Shown here piece after piece: positions 20,347-31,334 of a DNA stretch of 62,327 nt. The notes beneath the pieces are model-generated. The model was not told the DNA's origin. It made no database searches and was given only the letters and a program-made list of their open reading frames with translations. The DNA is from Deltaproteobacteria bacterium (GTDB taxonomy: Bacteria > Desulfobacterota > Desulfobulbia > Desulfobulbales > SURF-16): the NCBI GenBank assembly GCA_024277655.1, contig JAJRUT010000117.1:1-62327 (forward strand), read 5' to 3'. The number at the start of each line of letters is the position of its first letter. Within the stretch, counting starts at the first letter, position 1. The position numbers and the translations under genes were made by a program.

Positions 20347-23300
20347 ATGCCCCTCCCTATCCCCCAGAACAGCTCGCACCATTCAAGGCTTATTACAAAG
20401 CTCCAGCTTGCTACTATTACCCTGGTGGCATTTATTTTCATGAACGCAGGCTATGCTGTTTACAAAGGGATTCAGGTGACCAATGAGCTTGTTTCATCCA
20501 CCCTCGACGAACGCCTCACCAACGCCGAAGCCATTATACGCTATGAAATGCTGGAACTGGATATGGTTGGTGACATAGTTAAGGAACAGGAACAAAAATT
20601 TGCTCAATATCTCGGTTGTGACACAACACGAGCCATTCAGATTCTGCTACAAACCATTGCCTCAAAAAATGATATTAACATCGCCTTCTTTCTGGACGAA
20701 AATAAAAGAATTATCACCACCAATGTCGGATATACCACCAGCACGCAACATCCCAAGCGGTATCAACTCCTCGTCGAGAATTCCGCCAAAACCGCGACCC
20801 TGGAGCATCTCCCCTCCTCTTTTTTCAACCATGTAGAAAAGAGCCAGCCCCCAGACAGTCAGGTTACAACCTGCATGAAACGTGTTGTAACCATCATCAA
20901 CGAATCAGGAAACATTTACGGCTACGTGATCCTCATACGTTTTATTGACCAGAATACTATTTTGGCTGAGCAACTTGCCTCCACCGTTAAATCGCCATTT
21001 ATCATTTTCAATACCGTAAAGGAAGCCATACTCTCCAGACTTGACAACGGGGAGCGCCTTGCCTACCCCACTACATCCCAAATTACATTTGCCGGAAAAT
21101 CATACATCTACAAAATGGCCCCCCTGGTGAATCATTACACCAATGAAACCATTGGTGAACTGGCCATTCTGCTGGAAAAAGATGTTTTCCGCAAACAGTG
21201 GCGCAGCCAAATTTATGCCAACTTCTTTCCCATATTCGTCACCATTATTCTGGCTGGACTCATCAACTTTATGATGACCCAACTACGTAAGAACTATGGC
21301 CAGCTCAATGAAGCGCGGCGGGAGGCAGAAGCTGCCAATATTGCCAAAAGTAATTTTCTGGCCAACATGAGCCATGAGATCCGCACCCCCCTCAATGCCA
21401 TCATTGGCCTATCAGACCTAGCCCTCAAAACGGAACTTACCATTAAGCAACAGGATTATCTCTCCAAGGTGCACTCCTCATCCAATATTCTCCTCGACAT
21501 CATCAATGACATTCTCGATTTTTCCAAGATTGAAGCTGGGAAACTCAGCCTTGAAATGATAGAATTCGACTTTAATGAGGTTCTCTGCAGTCTTCGCAAT
21601 ATTGCCACAGTTCGAGCTGAAGAGAAAGACATTGAACTCATATTCCAGGTGGCAAGTGACACTCCAACAGGACTTATAGGCGACCCGATGCGCCTCTTTC
21701 AAATCCTGTTAAACCTCACCAGCAATGCTATTAAATTTACCAGTTCAGGCCATGTCCTTATTAAAACGGAAATCATTAATCACCCCTCTCCAGGTGAGAT
21801 CACCCTCCGTTTTTCAGTGGAAGACACCGGCATTGGCCTCACCGAGGAGCAAATATCGATTCTCTTTGAATCTTTTACGCAAGCCGATTCATCCATAACT
21901 CGCAAATTTGGTGGTACCGGCCTTGGCCTTTCCATCTGTAGACATCTTGTTGAAATGATGGGGGGGACGATCACAGTAACCTCTGAACCAAACCATGGTT
22001 CCACCTTCATCTTCACCGCCACCTTTGGTCTCCAGACCGACACCATGACTCAACATGTCCAGTGTCCGGATGACTTCATGGACCTCAAGGTTCTGGTGGT
22101 TGACGACAACCAGGTTGCCCGGGAAATTACCAGTAATATTCTAACCACCTATTCCTTTAACGTCAGCCAAGCCACCTCTGGAAAGGATGCTATTGCCCAG
22201 GTAATTGCTGCCCAGAAGGTAAATAAGCCCTACCAACTGGTCATTATGGACTGGCAGATGGAGAACATCGATGGTCTCACTGCCTCCAGGGCCATCAAGG
22301 AGAACAAAACACTTTCCCCTGCCCCAGCAATCCTCATGGTCAGTGCTTACAGCAAGGAGGAACTCCAGACGGAAGCCGAGGAGATAGGTGTCGAAGCTTT
22401 CCTGGTTAAGCCCATTGATGAATCCATGTTACTCGACTCAATTATGTCCGTCATGGGCTATAAGCAGACTGGCTTCACCTCCCCCCTGCCCCTTAATTTG
22501 CCAAGTCAATTCAAGGGCCTTGCCAAAATTGCCGGAGCCAATATCCTGCTGGTTGAAGATAATGAGATCAATCAACAGGTCGCATCGGAACTCCTCACAA
22601 GTAAAGGCCTTGGCGTCACCATTGCCGGAAACGGTAAGGAGGCCCTAAACATCCTTATAGAATCTAAGGATCATTTTGATGCCATTCTCATGGATATTCA
22701 GATGCCGGTAATGGATGGTTTCACAGCGACAAAACGCATCAAAAAACTACCCGGTCGCTTGGCCAGAACCCCCATCATAGCCATGACGGCCCATGCCATG
22801 GAAAGTACGAGGGAAAAATGTCAAAATGCCGGGATGTGTGACCATATCGCTAAACCGATCACCCCTCTCCTTCTTTACGCCACTCTGGTAAAGTGGATTA
22901 CCCCCAATAGACTTCGAACGAAGAGGGGAAGCCAACACTTGCAAAGCCAAGGGGGTGACAATTTTCCACTATCATTACAAGGCTTTAATCTGGAGGAGGG
23001 CTTAACACGGTTTGCCGGTAATAAAAAACTCTTCCTCAAACTGCTGTTTAGGTTCCATGAGAAATATCAGAACTTACCAGAACAGATATCAGCAGCCCTT
23101 GGCGAGGATGACTTTCAAAGGGCAAGGGAACTTGCCCACATGATGAAGGGCGCCTCCGGAAATTTTGGAGCCCAAGGGCTATACAATGCCGCATCAAGTC
23201 TTGAGCTTGCCCTGCAAAATAAGGAATACGTAAAAATAGATACTTTTTTTCAGGAATTTGCCATTGCTATGAAGATTGTCACCGATAGTATCAAACAACT

Positions 23301-23568
23301 TCTGCCCGGCAAAGGGCCCATGCCTCCAAGCAATGCCGACACCTGTTTGCCGGACGCAGCCAAGGCCGTGGCCTTAATCCTGGAAATTAAAAATCTCATT
23401 TCCACCGATTACAGTGCAGCCATTGATAAGTTAAGCGCCCTAACCAAACTTCTGGACAACACAGCGTACCGCAATGACATCGCTCAAATCCAAAGCCACC
23501 TGGATAACTTTGCCGAAGACCTTGCCATAGTTAGTCTAGGCAACCTTGAACAGAGAATCCAATTATGA
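20347..23568 (+). CDS. hybrid sensor histidine kinase (sensor-TM-HisKA-HATPase-REC-REC-HPt)
   Basis: H-box [12 protein letters not shown]-box [12 protein letters not shown]-boxes DTGIGL and GGTGLGLSI. Two receiver domains ([20 protein letters not shown]) and an HPt motif [11 protein letters not shown]. Confidence 0.9.
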   Translation: MPLPIPQNSSHHSRLITKLQLATITLVAFIFMNAGYAVYKGIQVTNELVSSTLDERLTNAEAIIRYEMLELDMVGDIVKEQEQKFAQYLGCDTTRAIQILLQTIASKNDINIAFFLDENKRIITTNVGYTTSTQHPKRYQLLVENSAKTATLEHLPSSFFNHVEKSQPPDSQVTTCMKRVVTIINESGNIYGYVILIRFIDQNTILAEQLASTVKSPFIIFNTVKEAILSRLDNGERLAYPTTSQITFAGKSYIYKMAPLVNHYTNETIGELAILLEKDVFRKQWRSQIYANFFPIFVTIILAGLINFMMTQLRKNYGQLNEARREAEAANIAKSNFLANMSHEIRTPLNAIIGLSDLALKTELTIKQQDYLSKVHSSSNILLDIINDILDFSKIEAGKLSLEMIEFDFNEVLCSLRNIATVRAEEKDIELIFQVASDTPTGLIGDPMRLFQILLNLTSNAIKFTSSGHVLIKTEIINHPSPGEITLRFSVEDTGIGLTEEQISILFESFTQADSSITRKFGGTGLGLSICRHLVEMMGGTITVTSEPNHGSTFIFTATFGLQTDTMTQHVQCPDDFMDLKVLVVDDNQVAREITSNILTTYSFNVSQATSGKDAIAQVIAAQKVNKPYQLVIMDWQMENIDGLTASRAIKENKTLSPAPAILMVSAYSKEELQTEAEEIGVEAFLVKPIDESMLLDSIMSVMGYKQTGFTSPLPLNLPSQFKGLAKIAGANILLVEDNEINQQVASELLTSKGLGVTIAGNGKEALNILIESKDHFDAILMDIQMPVMDGFTATKRIKKLPGRLARTPIIAMTAHAMESTREKCQNAGMCDHIAKPITPLLLYATLVKWITPNRLRTKRGSQHLQSQGGDNFPLSLQGFNLEEGLTRFAGNKKLFLKLLFRFHEKYQNLPEQISAALGEDDFQRARELAHMMKGASGNFGAQGLYNAASSLELALQNKEYVKIDTFFQEFAIAMKIVTDSIKQLLPGKGPMPPSNADTCLPDAAKAVALILEIKNLISTDYSAAIDKLSALTKLLDNTAYRNDIAQIQSHLDNFAEDLAIVSLGNLEQRIQL

Positions 23569-24539
23569 GTTTAGCACACACCAAAAACACCATACTCATT
23601 GTTGACGATATCCCTGAGGATATCCATATGCTCATGGATATCCTTAAAGATGACTATGCTACCATTCCCGCCACTAGTGGTGAGATTGCCCTGGAGAAGG
23701 CCCAACAGTTCCCCCAGCCGGATCTCATCATTCTTGACATTATGATGCCTGGAATTGATGGCTATGAAACCTGCAAACGCCTAAAGGCAAATCTAGCTAC
23801 CTGTGATATCCCCATAATCTTCATCACCTCTATTTCCGAGTCTTTGGGTGACACCAAGGCCTTCAATATAGGGGCTGCTGATTATGTGGTAAAACCATTT
23901 AACCCCGCCACTGTCAAAGCCAGGATTAAAAATCAGATTAACTTACGGGAAACACACCTGGAACTGCAACGTCTGTATGAAGTCGCCCTCGATGCCAACC
24001 CCATAACCGGTCTTCCCGGTAATAACACGATACGCCAGGAGATTGAAAAGGCCATTACCACCCAGTCCAAACATTTTGTGGTATATGCTGATCTGGATAA
24101 TTTTAAGACCTATAACGATAAATATGGGTTTGTGCTGGGGGATGAGATCATTCATTTCACCGCATCATTACTAAAAGAAGCCATTGCCAGGGATGGTAAT
24201 AACAACGCTTTTCTTGGCCATATTGGCGGTGATGATTTTGTCCTGCTTGTCCCCAAAAACAGACTGGAACAGACGGTTAATTTTATAATTAAAAAATTTG
24301 ACAAGCAAATACCTGCGTTTTATTCAAGAGAAGATGTCGCAGGAAAGGGTTTCCAAACAAAGAACAGACAAGGTGAGATATGCACCACCCCCCTGCTGTC
24401 CATTAGCCTTGGGGCCGTGAATATCCACTGGTCAGAGTATAAACATTACCTAGAGGTGAATGATGCCTGCGCCCAGGTAAAGAAAAAAGCCAAAGAAATA
24501 CCAGGCTCCAGCTTTTTTATTGACCGCAGAAAGAAGTAA
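23565..24539 (+). CDS. response regulator, REC plus GGDEF-family domain with GGDDF signature
   Basis: REC ([10 protein letters not shown]), then [19 protein letters not shown] and GGDDF. A 4-nt ATGA overlap with the upstream kinase gene. Confidence 0.85.
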   Translation: MSLAHTKNTILIVDDIPEDIHMLMDILKDDYATIPATSGEIALEKAQQFPQPDLIILDIMMPGIDGYETCKRLKANLATCDIPIIFITSISESLGDTKAFNIGAADYVVKPFNPATVKARIKNQINLRETHLELQRLYEVALDANPITGLPGNNTIRQEIEKAITTQSKHFVVYADLDNFKTYNDKYGFVLGDEIIHFTASLLKEAIARDGNNNAFLGHIGGDDFVLLVPKNRLEQTVNFIIKKFDKQIPAFYSREDVAGKGFQTKNRQGEICTTPLLSISLGAVNIHWSEYKHYLEVNDACAQVKKKAKEIPGSSFFIDRRKK

Positions 24540-24846
24540 TCACTCTCCTCGCCCAGTAGCAGTTCAGATCTATACATCAAGGCAGCACCTCCACAGTATC
24601 CCGCAAAAAAAACAATATCCCTTCTTGCTTTCCACTTTATTTACTTATACAATTTTTCAGGTTCAAAAATAATAGTCCCACGCAGGATGAGCCAATGCCC
24701 CCTGCGAGGGATATTTATCATGAAAATTCCTAATATTTGTTGCAGTCAAGAGGACTTGCATAGATCGTGAACCCGTGCTCCAAGATGAGCTACCAGTTTC
24801 TACCCTAGACATTATTGAACTAAGACAACCTTTTTAGTAATTATTA

Positions 24847-24876
24847 TTGACAGGCAGTAAACAATAAACTAATAAT
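24847..24876 (+). promoter_or_regulatory. sigma-70-type promoter for rubrerythrin gene
   Basis: TTGACA (24847-24852), 18-nt spacer, AATAAT (24871-24876). About 55 nt before ATG 24931. Confidence 0.4.
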
Positions 24877-24930
24877 CATTCCTATTAAGAACAACGCACC
24901 AATTTACTAAAACAACTTATGGAGATCATT

Positions 24931-25479
24931 ATGAAAAAATTTACTTGTACCATGTGTGGCTATACTCACGAAGGCGATTCAGCTCCTGAAAAATGTCCCC
25001 ATTGCGGCGCTTCTGCTGATAAATTCACTGAAATGCTGGGTGATTCTCTTGAGTGGGCCGACCAACACGTTGTTGGTGTAGCCCAGGGCTGTGATGCTGA
25101 AATAATGGAAGGACTACAGGCTAATTTTGCCGGTGAGTGTACTGAAGTAGGTATGTATCTTGCCATGAGCCGGATGGCTGACCGCGAAGGTTACCCTGAA
25201 ATTGCCGAAGCATACAAACGTTTTGCCTTTGAAGAGGCGGAGCATGCCAGCAAATTTGCTGAACTTATCGGTGATGTTCTGGAAAAAGACACTGAAGCCA
25301 ACCTTAAGGCCCGTGTAGCTGCAGAAAATGGTGCCTGCGTTGGTAAAAAAGCCATCGCCACCAAGGCCAAAGAGCTTGGTTATGACGCTATCCACGACAC
25401 CGTACACGAGATGTGTAAAGACGAAGCCCGTCACGGCATGGCCTTTGCCGGCTTGCTCAAACGCTACTTTAAAGGCTAA
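24931..25479 (+). CDS. reverse rubrerythrin (N-terminal rubredoxin-like domain, C-terminal diiron four-helix domain)
   Basis: CTMCG...CPHCG at the N-terminus, then ExxH diiron motifs (EEAEH, KDEARH). GGAGA RBS before ATG 24931. Confidence 0.85.
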   Translation: MKKFTCTMCGYTHEGDSAPEKCPHCGASADKFTEMLGDSLEWADQHVVGVAQGCDAEIMEGLQANFAGECTEVGMYLAMSRMADREGYPEIAEAYKRFAFEEAEHASKFAELIGDVLEKDTEANLKARVAAENGACVGKKAIATKAKELGYDAIHDTVHEMCKDEARHGMAFAGLLKRYFKG

Positions 25480-25508
25480 TCACCTAAGCCTGTAAAGATG
25501 GTATCCAC

Positions 25509-25556
25509 AAAAAAAAGCCCCATTACCACATAAATGGTAATGGGGCTTTTTTTTAT
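25509..25556. terminator. bidirectional rho-independent terminator between convergent genes
   Basis: A-run, AGCCCCATTACCA-loop-TGGTAATGGGGCT, T-run. Confidence 0.8.
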
Positions 25557-25571
25557 TTGCATAATACTCGC

Positions 25572-27014
25572 CTAAACTCCATCCCGTTCATCCACCGTCA
25601 TGGAACGAATATGGATCTTGCGGTTTGATTTTTCAAACTCAACCACCACACTCTTCTCCTCCATACTTACTACCCGAACCGCGCTACCGATGGTAACGCT
25701 AACTCCAGGATAGAGCCTGTTGTGAACATAGACACATTCGTTGGCGGCCTGGTCAATATCGGCATCAAGCTTCTCCTCAAGGAGAGTCAGCTGGTTAGTA
25801 GCATCCATCACCTTGGGCATCTTGATATTCAACTCCTTTAATTTTGCCATGTTCTCCGGGGAGAAATCCTTGCCCTGCTCTTTCTTCATGGCGGACAAGG
25901 CGGTAATATCCTTGAGCATCTCAGTCAAACGCGGTGGCCACACCTCTTTTGCCGCCTCAAGTTTGATCTTCCGAGCCTCAAGGGACGGATTCAACCCCAC
26001 AACAATTTCAGTAGCAACCTCAGCATCGGAACCAAGCTCCAGGGCATGTAAGGAACCACCAAGAACATATTTACCACCAATGAGAGCGCCTTTGCCGGAA
26101 ACAGCAACAAGATCATGCCCAACCCGAATATCACCCTGAACGACAAAATCCTGCAGGATCATCTTGCCCTTTGTTTCAATGCGACCGGTATTCTCACAGA
26201 AATCCACATCAAGATCACCCCAACATTTCACCTGACTCTCTTCACCGATAAGACCACCACGGATCGAAAGAGAATCACCGGCAATCACCTCAGCATTGTT
26301 CACCCCGCCACTAACACTGATAGATCCCATACATTTTATTTTAAAACCGGGACCAACAGCGCCACTAATAGTGAGTTTTTTACCACTGAAGGTGACATTG
26401 CCGATACTCATATCAATATCACCATTAATAACATGCTCCTCATGCACCGCAGGCTTGCCATTCTCCATGACAAATTTCCCGGTGGTGGTGGCCGAAACCT
26501 GCAAGCCATCATCACTTAGAGACACCCCAGGCCCACATTTTATAGTGAGATCCTTGCCATCTTTAGCTTGAATATCAGTTCCGAGGATGTTTCGCCCATG
26601 CACACCTGTGGTTGCCGGAACTTTTTCAAGGAGCAACTGCCCCTCTGGCACATTAACAATCCGGCCAAGCTCCCTGAAGTTGACCCGCCCTTCGTTTTTT
26701 GCCTTAGCACCAGTATCGTCATTTATAATTTCAGGCCGAACCACCGGACGAATCCGTGCCCTTTTTCCGTGTACCGGAGGCGTGCCTTTAGCAATTACCG
26801 CATGACCTGTTTGCATGGCTGGAACCTCCTTCAAGAGTCCATGGATAGCACCATTCTCATGGGCGGCCCGAAGGATATCAGGCCAATCATCGGAGTCGAA
26901 GGAAGATGCCCCGTGCAACTCGAGCGTCAAGGTCAGCTTATCTTTAGCCAAACGTAGAGAGTAATCTTCACCACAAATTTTTATAGGCCTCTTTGCCAGG
27001 TCCTGATTTGCCAT
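25572..27014 (-). CDS. FapA-family (DUF342) protein
   Basis: 480-aa ORF. Central region has repetitive beta-helix-like G-x-I/V-x-G motifs (ISVSGGVNNAEVIAGDSLSIRGGLIG ...) followed by a C-terminal coiled-coil-like segment, typical of DUF342/FapA. Confidence 0.72.
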   Translation of the reverse strand: MANQDLAKRPIKICGEDYSLRLAKDKLTLTLELHGASSFDSDDWPDILRAAHENGAIHGLLKEVPAMQTGHAVIAKGTPPVHGKRARIRPVVRPEIINDDTGAKAKNEGRVNFRELGRIVNVPEGQLLLEKVPATTGVHGRNILGTDIQAKDGKDLTIKCGPGVSLSDDGLQVSATTTGKFVMENGKPAVHEEHVINGDIDMSIGNVTFSGKKLTISGAVGPGFKIKCMGSISVSGGVNNAEVIAGDSLSIRGGLIGEESQVKCWGDLDVDFCENTGRIETKGKMILQDFVVQGDIRVGHDLVAVSGKGALIGGKYVLGGSLHALELGSDAEVATEIVVGLNPSLEARKIKLEAAKEVWPPRLTEMLKDITALSAMKKEQGKDFSPENMAKLKELNIKMPKVMDATNQLTLLEEKLDADIDQAANECVYVHNRLYPGVSVTIGSAVRVVSMEEKSVVVEFEKSNRKIHIRSMTVDERDGV

Positions 27015-27113
27015 ATACTGTCCAGGGTCTCTCTCGTGTAAATTATTTTACGATTCTCTAAATCCAACAGACTACTAGTAAACTGAAGCCGTTACCAATT
27101 CGTCACAGAAGAA

Positions 27114-27140
27114 ATATCGGCACAATCGACATAAACATTA
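27114..27140 (-). promoter_or_regulatory. sigma-28 (FliA)-type promoter
   Basis: The minus strand reads TAATGTTT-N11-GCCGATAT, against the enterobacterial consensus TAAAGTTT-N11-GCCGATAA. About 100 nt upstream of the FapA-like start. Confidence 0.55.
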
Positions 27141-27196
27141 AACTCTAGCATATCATAAGCTTAAACCAGAACACAAGACGCTGAAGGGTACCCATC

Positions 27197-28192
27197 TCAG
27201 CTTTTCAGCATCGTTTTTTCGAGGGCATTTACCTGATCTGACTCACCCAAAACAATAAGGACATCAGCCTCCATAATAACAATATCCGGGGTGGGATTGA
27301 AAATAGACTGGCCATCGGCACGGGTAATCGACACAACAATAAGATTATAGGTTTTTCGCAGCCCTGATTCCATAAGCGGCTTGTTAAGCATAGGGGATCT
27401 CGCGGTCACTCGAATCTCCTCCATGGTGAGACCAAAATCGTTGCCCGCCACGGCAAAATCAATAAAATCCACCACCGCAGGTTTTAGGATGAGATTTGCC
27501 ATCCGGGTCGCACCAATATCATAGGGGGAAATAACCTTATTAGCCCCGGCCCTTTTAAATTTTGACTTTGTCCGCACGTCCCCTGACGATCTGGTGATAA
27601 TATTAAGTTCAGGGTTCAAACTGCGGGCAGAAAGGGTAATATAGAGGTTATCCGAGTCAGAAGAAACAACACCAATAAGCCCCTTGGCACGCTCAACACC
27701 AGCCACAAGCAAGACATCATCATCAGAGGCGTCACCGGGCACACAGAGATAACCGCGTTTTTGAATCAATGCCAGTTCGTCCTCACCCTTTTCAATGACA
27801 ACAAATTTCCGTTTATTTTTGGCCAGCAGATCACAAATAACCTCACCAATCCGGCCAAAGCCGCAGACAATATAATGACCCGTAATCTGCCCTAGTTTTT
27901 TTGACATTTTCCGTTCTCCCAACGCCTTTTGTAAGCCTCCGGCAACCACTGTTTCAGCCATCTCCTTAAAGATAAACATCACAAAACCAACCCCTAGCAA
28001 AATAAGCACCATGGTAAAGTAACGCCCGGCATCACTGAGATGAATAGTCTCACCATACCCCACAGTGGTTACGGTAATCATGGTCATATACAGACCATCA
28101 TCAAAACTGGCACCTTCAATCCACATATAGCCAAAGGAGCCAAAAAGTAGCAAAACAATGGAGACAACAAGGGATAAAATCAACTTTCGCAT
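27197..28192 (-). CDS. two-TM potassium channel with RCK (TrkA-N/TrkA-C) domain
   Basis: Selectivity filter TVTTVGYGE, Rossmann motif CGFGRIG and a C-terminal TrkA-C-like region. Confidence 0.85.
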   Translation of the reverse strand: MRKLILSLVVSIVLLLFGSFGYMWIEGASFDDGLYMTMITVTTVGYGETIHLSDAGRYFTMVLILLGVGFVMFIFKEMAETVVAGGLQKALGERKMSKKLGQITGHYIVCGFGRIGEVICDLLAKNKRKFVVIEKGEDELALIQKRGYLCVPGDASDDDVLLVAGVERAKGLIGVVSSDSDNLYITLSARSLNPELNIITRSSGDVRTKSKFKRAGANKVISPYDIGATRMANLILKPAVVDFIDFAVAGNDFGLTMEEIRVTARSPMLNKPLMESGLRKTYNLIVVSITRADGQSIFNPTPDIVIMEADVLIVLGESDQVNALEKTMLKS

Positions 28193-28429
28193 GGCAAGAA
28201 CCGCCTCTTTTGCCCAAAAGATATTTCAGTAACCAGCATATATCAATTATTCCTATTTTTTAAGTGCATTCAAGCCTGGATTGGGCTATATTTTGTAAAT
28301 TTTCAAACGGTTTAGCAGACATTTTGCCATAAACTCGTTGTATTTAACCCTATTTATTTTGCTTATGGAAACAAATCATTATTTCATGCCGAAATAATGG
28401 ATATTAATACATAATTAAAGGAGTTCAAC

Positions 28430-29110
28430 ATGAACATTCTAACCTTCGGCCCTAACGGCAGTGGCAAAGGCACCCAGGGTGCCATTATCAAGGACAAATA
28501 CAATGTAGCTCACATTGAATCTGGTGCCATTTTCCGCAAGAACATCGGTGGCGGAACCGAGCTTGGCAAACAGGCCAAGGAATACATTGATCGCGGCGAG
28601 CTTGTGCCAGATGATATCACTATTCCTATGATTCTTGACCGCCTGAAAGAAGATGACTGCAAGAATGGCTGGCTCCTTGACGGTTTCCCACGCAACAAGG
28701 TTCAGGGTGAGACCCTTGCCAAGGCCCTTGCCGATGACGGCATCAAGCTTGATTATGTTGTCGAGATCATTCTCCCCCGTGACGTTGCCAAACTACGCAT
28801 CACCGGTCGTCGCCTCTGCACCAACGACAACAACCACCCAAACCACATCGCCTTTGATGCCATAAAGCCTGTTGAAAAAGATGGTAAAATTGTCTGTCGC
28901 GTCTGCGGCGGCGAACTTTCTGCCCGGGCTGACGATCAGGATGATGTGGCCATTGATAAACGTCATGACATCTATTATGACGAGACCACCGGTACCATGG
29001 CGGCTTGTATTTTCTTCAAAGGGCTTGGCGGTGACACCAAGGTGATCTCTGTTGATGGCGGGCCTTCCATTCAGGAAGTAAGCGACGCCATCATGTCACA
29101 ACTAAGCTAA
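28430..29110 (+). CDS. adk: adenylate kinase (long LID with Cys/His metal motif)
   Basis: P-loop GPNGSGKGTQ and the LID segment C-TNDNN-H-...-CRVCGG. AAGGAG RBS. Confidence 0.95.
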   Translation: MNILTFGPNGSGKGTQGAIIKDKYNVAHIESGAIFRKNIGGGTELGKQAKEYIDRGELVPDDITIPMILDRLKEDDCKNGWLLDGFPRNKVQGETLAKALADDGIKLDYVVEIILPRDVAKLRITGRRLCTNDNNHPNHIAFDAIKPVEKDGKIVCRVCGGELSARADDQDDVAIDKRHDIYYDETTGTMAACIFFKGLGGDTKVISVDGGPSIQEVSDAIMSQLS

Positions 29111-29140
29111 ACAAACTTAGACCCACTGTCTCATCCCAAA

Positions 29141-29178
29141 AAAGGCTCACTGGTAAATTTACCAGTGAGCCTTTTTTC
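29141..29178 (+). terminator. rho-independent terminator after adk
   Basis: AGGCTCACTGGTA-AATT-TACCAGTGAGCCT followed by TTTTTT. Confidence 0.8.
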
Positions 29179-29572
29179 ATTCTGCTTCTAAAGCCAGCAA
29201 AAAAGGCAACCTATCAACGGATAGCCCATCCCCCGACGAGACCCTCGCCACCCCCTGCGGAATTCACCACCACTAAAAGCCTCCCCATATTTTTCAAACA
29301 TAAAAATAACTTCTTCGTAATCAAAGGTTAAACAAACACCTCTATGCTCCTTTTTCATGAGGGGTAAGAGAGAACGCTAAAAAAGTAATACTACAAAGCG
29401 CTCATACCCAGCAAATAGACTTTTAACAAGTCCAGCAACCATAAAAAAGGAGGTGACAAATATAAGGCACATCGTTGCTTTTTATAAGACAAAATGGCCA
29501 ATAACTTTGGGCACTCTGCGCGAATGCGGTAGTAATCCTTTATTTTTTTCAACACTATATTGAGGAAATCAG

Positions 29573-31111
29573 ATGAATACGTATAAGAAGATGATGCGAC
29601 TGGCAACTGGAGTTGCAATGGTGGGTCTTTTAACCACACCTGTCCTTGCAAAAGACAGAAATAACCATGATGACAACATGTTTAACAATATGCCAAAGGC
29701 AAAGAATATTATTTTCTTTGTCGGTGACGGCATGGGTGTGTCCACCGTTACAGCCTCCAGGATTTACTCTGTAGGGGTAGACGGGGAACTCACCATGGAT
29801 ACCTTTCCCCACACTGCCCTATCAAAAACATACACCGCCGACCATATTACCCCGGACAGTGCCGGGACAATGACGGCTATGATGACAGGTATCAACGCCA
29901 ACTCAGGAATCATCGGCTATGGACCTGAGACCGAACGAAATGATTTTAATCACGATGGCGATGGCGACAGACTCTGGACCCTGCTTGAAATAGCAAAACA
30001 GAAAGGCAAGAAGGTTGGTGTTGTAACCACCGCCAGAGTAACCCATGCAACTCCTGCCGCCTGCTATGCCCATGTCAGTGAAAGAAATCATGAAAATGAC
30101 ATTGCCCTCCAGGCCCTACCCACCGATGTCACGTATAATGACAGACTCGGTGACGGCATTGATCTCCTCATGGGCGGTGGGCGACGTTTTTTCACCCCAG
30201 GTGGCATGGCTGACGAGGAAGGTGACACAGGTAGCCGTAGTGATGGCCGGGATCTTCGCCGGGAGTTTCAGGACGCTGGTTATACCTATATTTGGAGCCA
30301 AGAAGGATTCGACAACCTGGAAGAAGAAAACCTGCCAATTCTTGGTCTATTTGAACGCAGCCACATGGAATATGAGTACGACCGCCCCAACGACCTGGGT
30401 GGTGAACCTACCCTTGAAGCAATGGTCGAAAAATCAATCGACCTCCTGGAAAATAAAAAAGGCTATTTCCTAATGGTTGAAGGTGGTCGTATTGACCACG
30501 CCCACCATGCCGGTAATGCCTTCCGCGCCCTGACAGATACCGAAGAGTTTGACCGGGCTATTGCCACAGCCGTCAAGAAGGCCAATTTACGAGACACCCT
30601 GATTATCGTCACCGCAGATCATAGCCATGTTTTCACCATTGCCGGCTATCCCATGCGCCAACCATCAGACCTGAAATATGATTTCGGTTCAGCACCACAG
30701 GAATATCTGGACAACGACATGGAACAACAGCATGGCGGTATTCTTGATGTTGTCTATGATATCAGCTCAAGCACAGGAGATATCACAGCCCGGACAGCCA
30801 AAGATGGCGCGCCATATGCTATGCTTGGTTATCAGAACGGCTCCGGATATCGTCCCGAACCACGCCTTAACCCACAGGACGACCCCTTTCCCGGCCTCGG
30901 TGGAGCAGATACTCTCATTCCGGATGAATTTGGCAACACCGGTTCCGAACACACCCAGTACAAACAGGAAGCCGCCGTGCCTCTGGGCTCTGAAACCCAT
31001 GCCGCCGAAGATGTTGCGATCTATGCAATCGGGCCTCAGGCCTGGATGTTCCATGGAACGGTCAAGAATACTCATATCTTTGACGTAATGCAATCGGCTT
31101 TTAAATATTAA
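29573..31111 (+). CDS. secreted alkaline phosphatase (PhoA family)
   Basis: Signal peptide, then FFVGDGMG and the DSAGT active-site Ser region, GGRIDHAHH and TADHSH metal ligands. Confidence 0.9.
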   Translation: MNTYKKMMRLATGVAMVGLLTTPVLAKDRNNHDDNMFNNMPKAKNIIFFVGDGMGVSTVTASRIYSVGVDGELTMDTFPHTALSKTYTADHITPDSAGTMTAMMTGINANSGIIGYGPETERNDFNHDGDGDRLWTLLEIAKQKGKKVGVVTTARVTHATPAACYAHVSERNHENDIALQALPTDVTYNDRLGDGIDLLMGGGRRFFTPGGMADEEGDTGSRSDGRDLRREFQDAGYTYIWSQEGFDNLEEENLPILGLFERSHMEYEYDRPNDLGGEPTLEAMVEKSIDLLENKKGYFLMVEGGRIDHAHHAGNAFRALTDTEEFDRAIATAVKKANLRDTLIIVTADHSHVFTIAGYPMRQPSDLKYDFGSAPQEYLDNDMEQQHGGILDVVYDISSSTGDITARTAKDGAPYAMLGYQNGSGYRPEPRLNPQDDPFPGLGGADTLIPDEFGNTGSEHTQYKQEAAVPLGSETHAAEDVAIYAIGPQAWMFHGTVKNTHIFDVMQSAFKY

Positions 31112-31137
31112 CAACCCGTTGTTTGTTACTCTGTCTG

Positions 31138-31176
31138 CTCCCGGTTTATGTTTTTTTTGCCTAAACCGGGAGTTTC
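31138..31176 (+). terminator. rho-independent terminator
   Basis: CTCCCGGTTTA ... TAAACCGGGAG (11 bp) followed by TTTC. Confidence 0.65.
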
Positions 31177-31334
31177 ATATCTGCCATACCAGTGCCAACA
31201 AAAAAGACCAAAAATGCTACGAAATTTCCAGAATAACGCTCCCTTGGCTAAACATTGAACCCATTCTCTGAGTGAACTGCAAAACCCTAACGAACACCGC
31301 TGAATAAAGACGCGAAAACAAAGGAGTTACACCT

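Noticed and set aside
24862-24888. Fur/PerR-like box overlapping the -10 of the rubrerythrin promoter (AAACTAATAATCATTCCTA)
   Set aside because: By hand alignment only about 12 of 19 positions match the classical Fur box, and there is no clear dyad symmetry. This is insufficient in AT-rich promoter DNA.
29188-29358. 56-aa minus-strand ORF (MKKEHRGVCLTFDYEE...GGEFRRGWRGSRRG...) between adk and the phosphatase gene
   Set aside because: No Shine-Dalgarno sequence and no recognisable family. It runs into the adk terminator region and is probably non-coding.
29391-29651. 86-aa minus-strand ORF overlapping the alkaline phosphatase start
   Set aside because: It overlaps the signal-peptide region of a confident gene on the opposite strand, has no RBS and has atypical composition.
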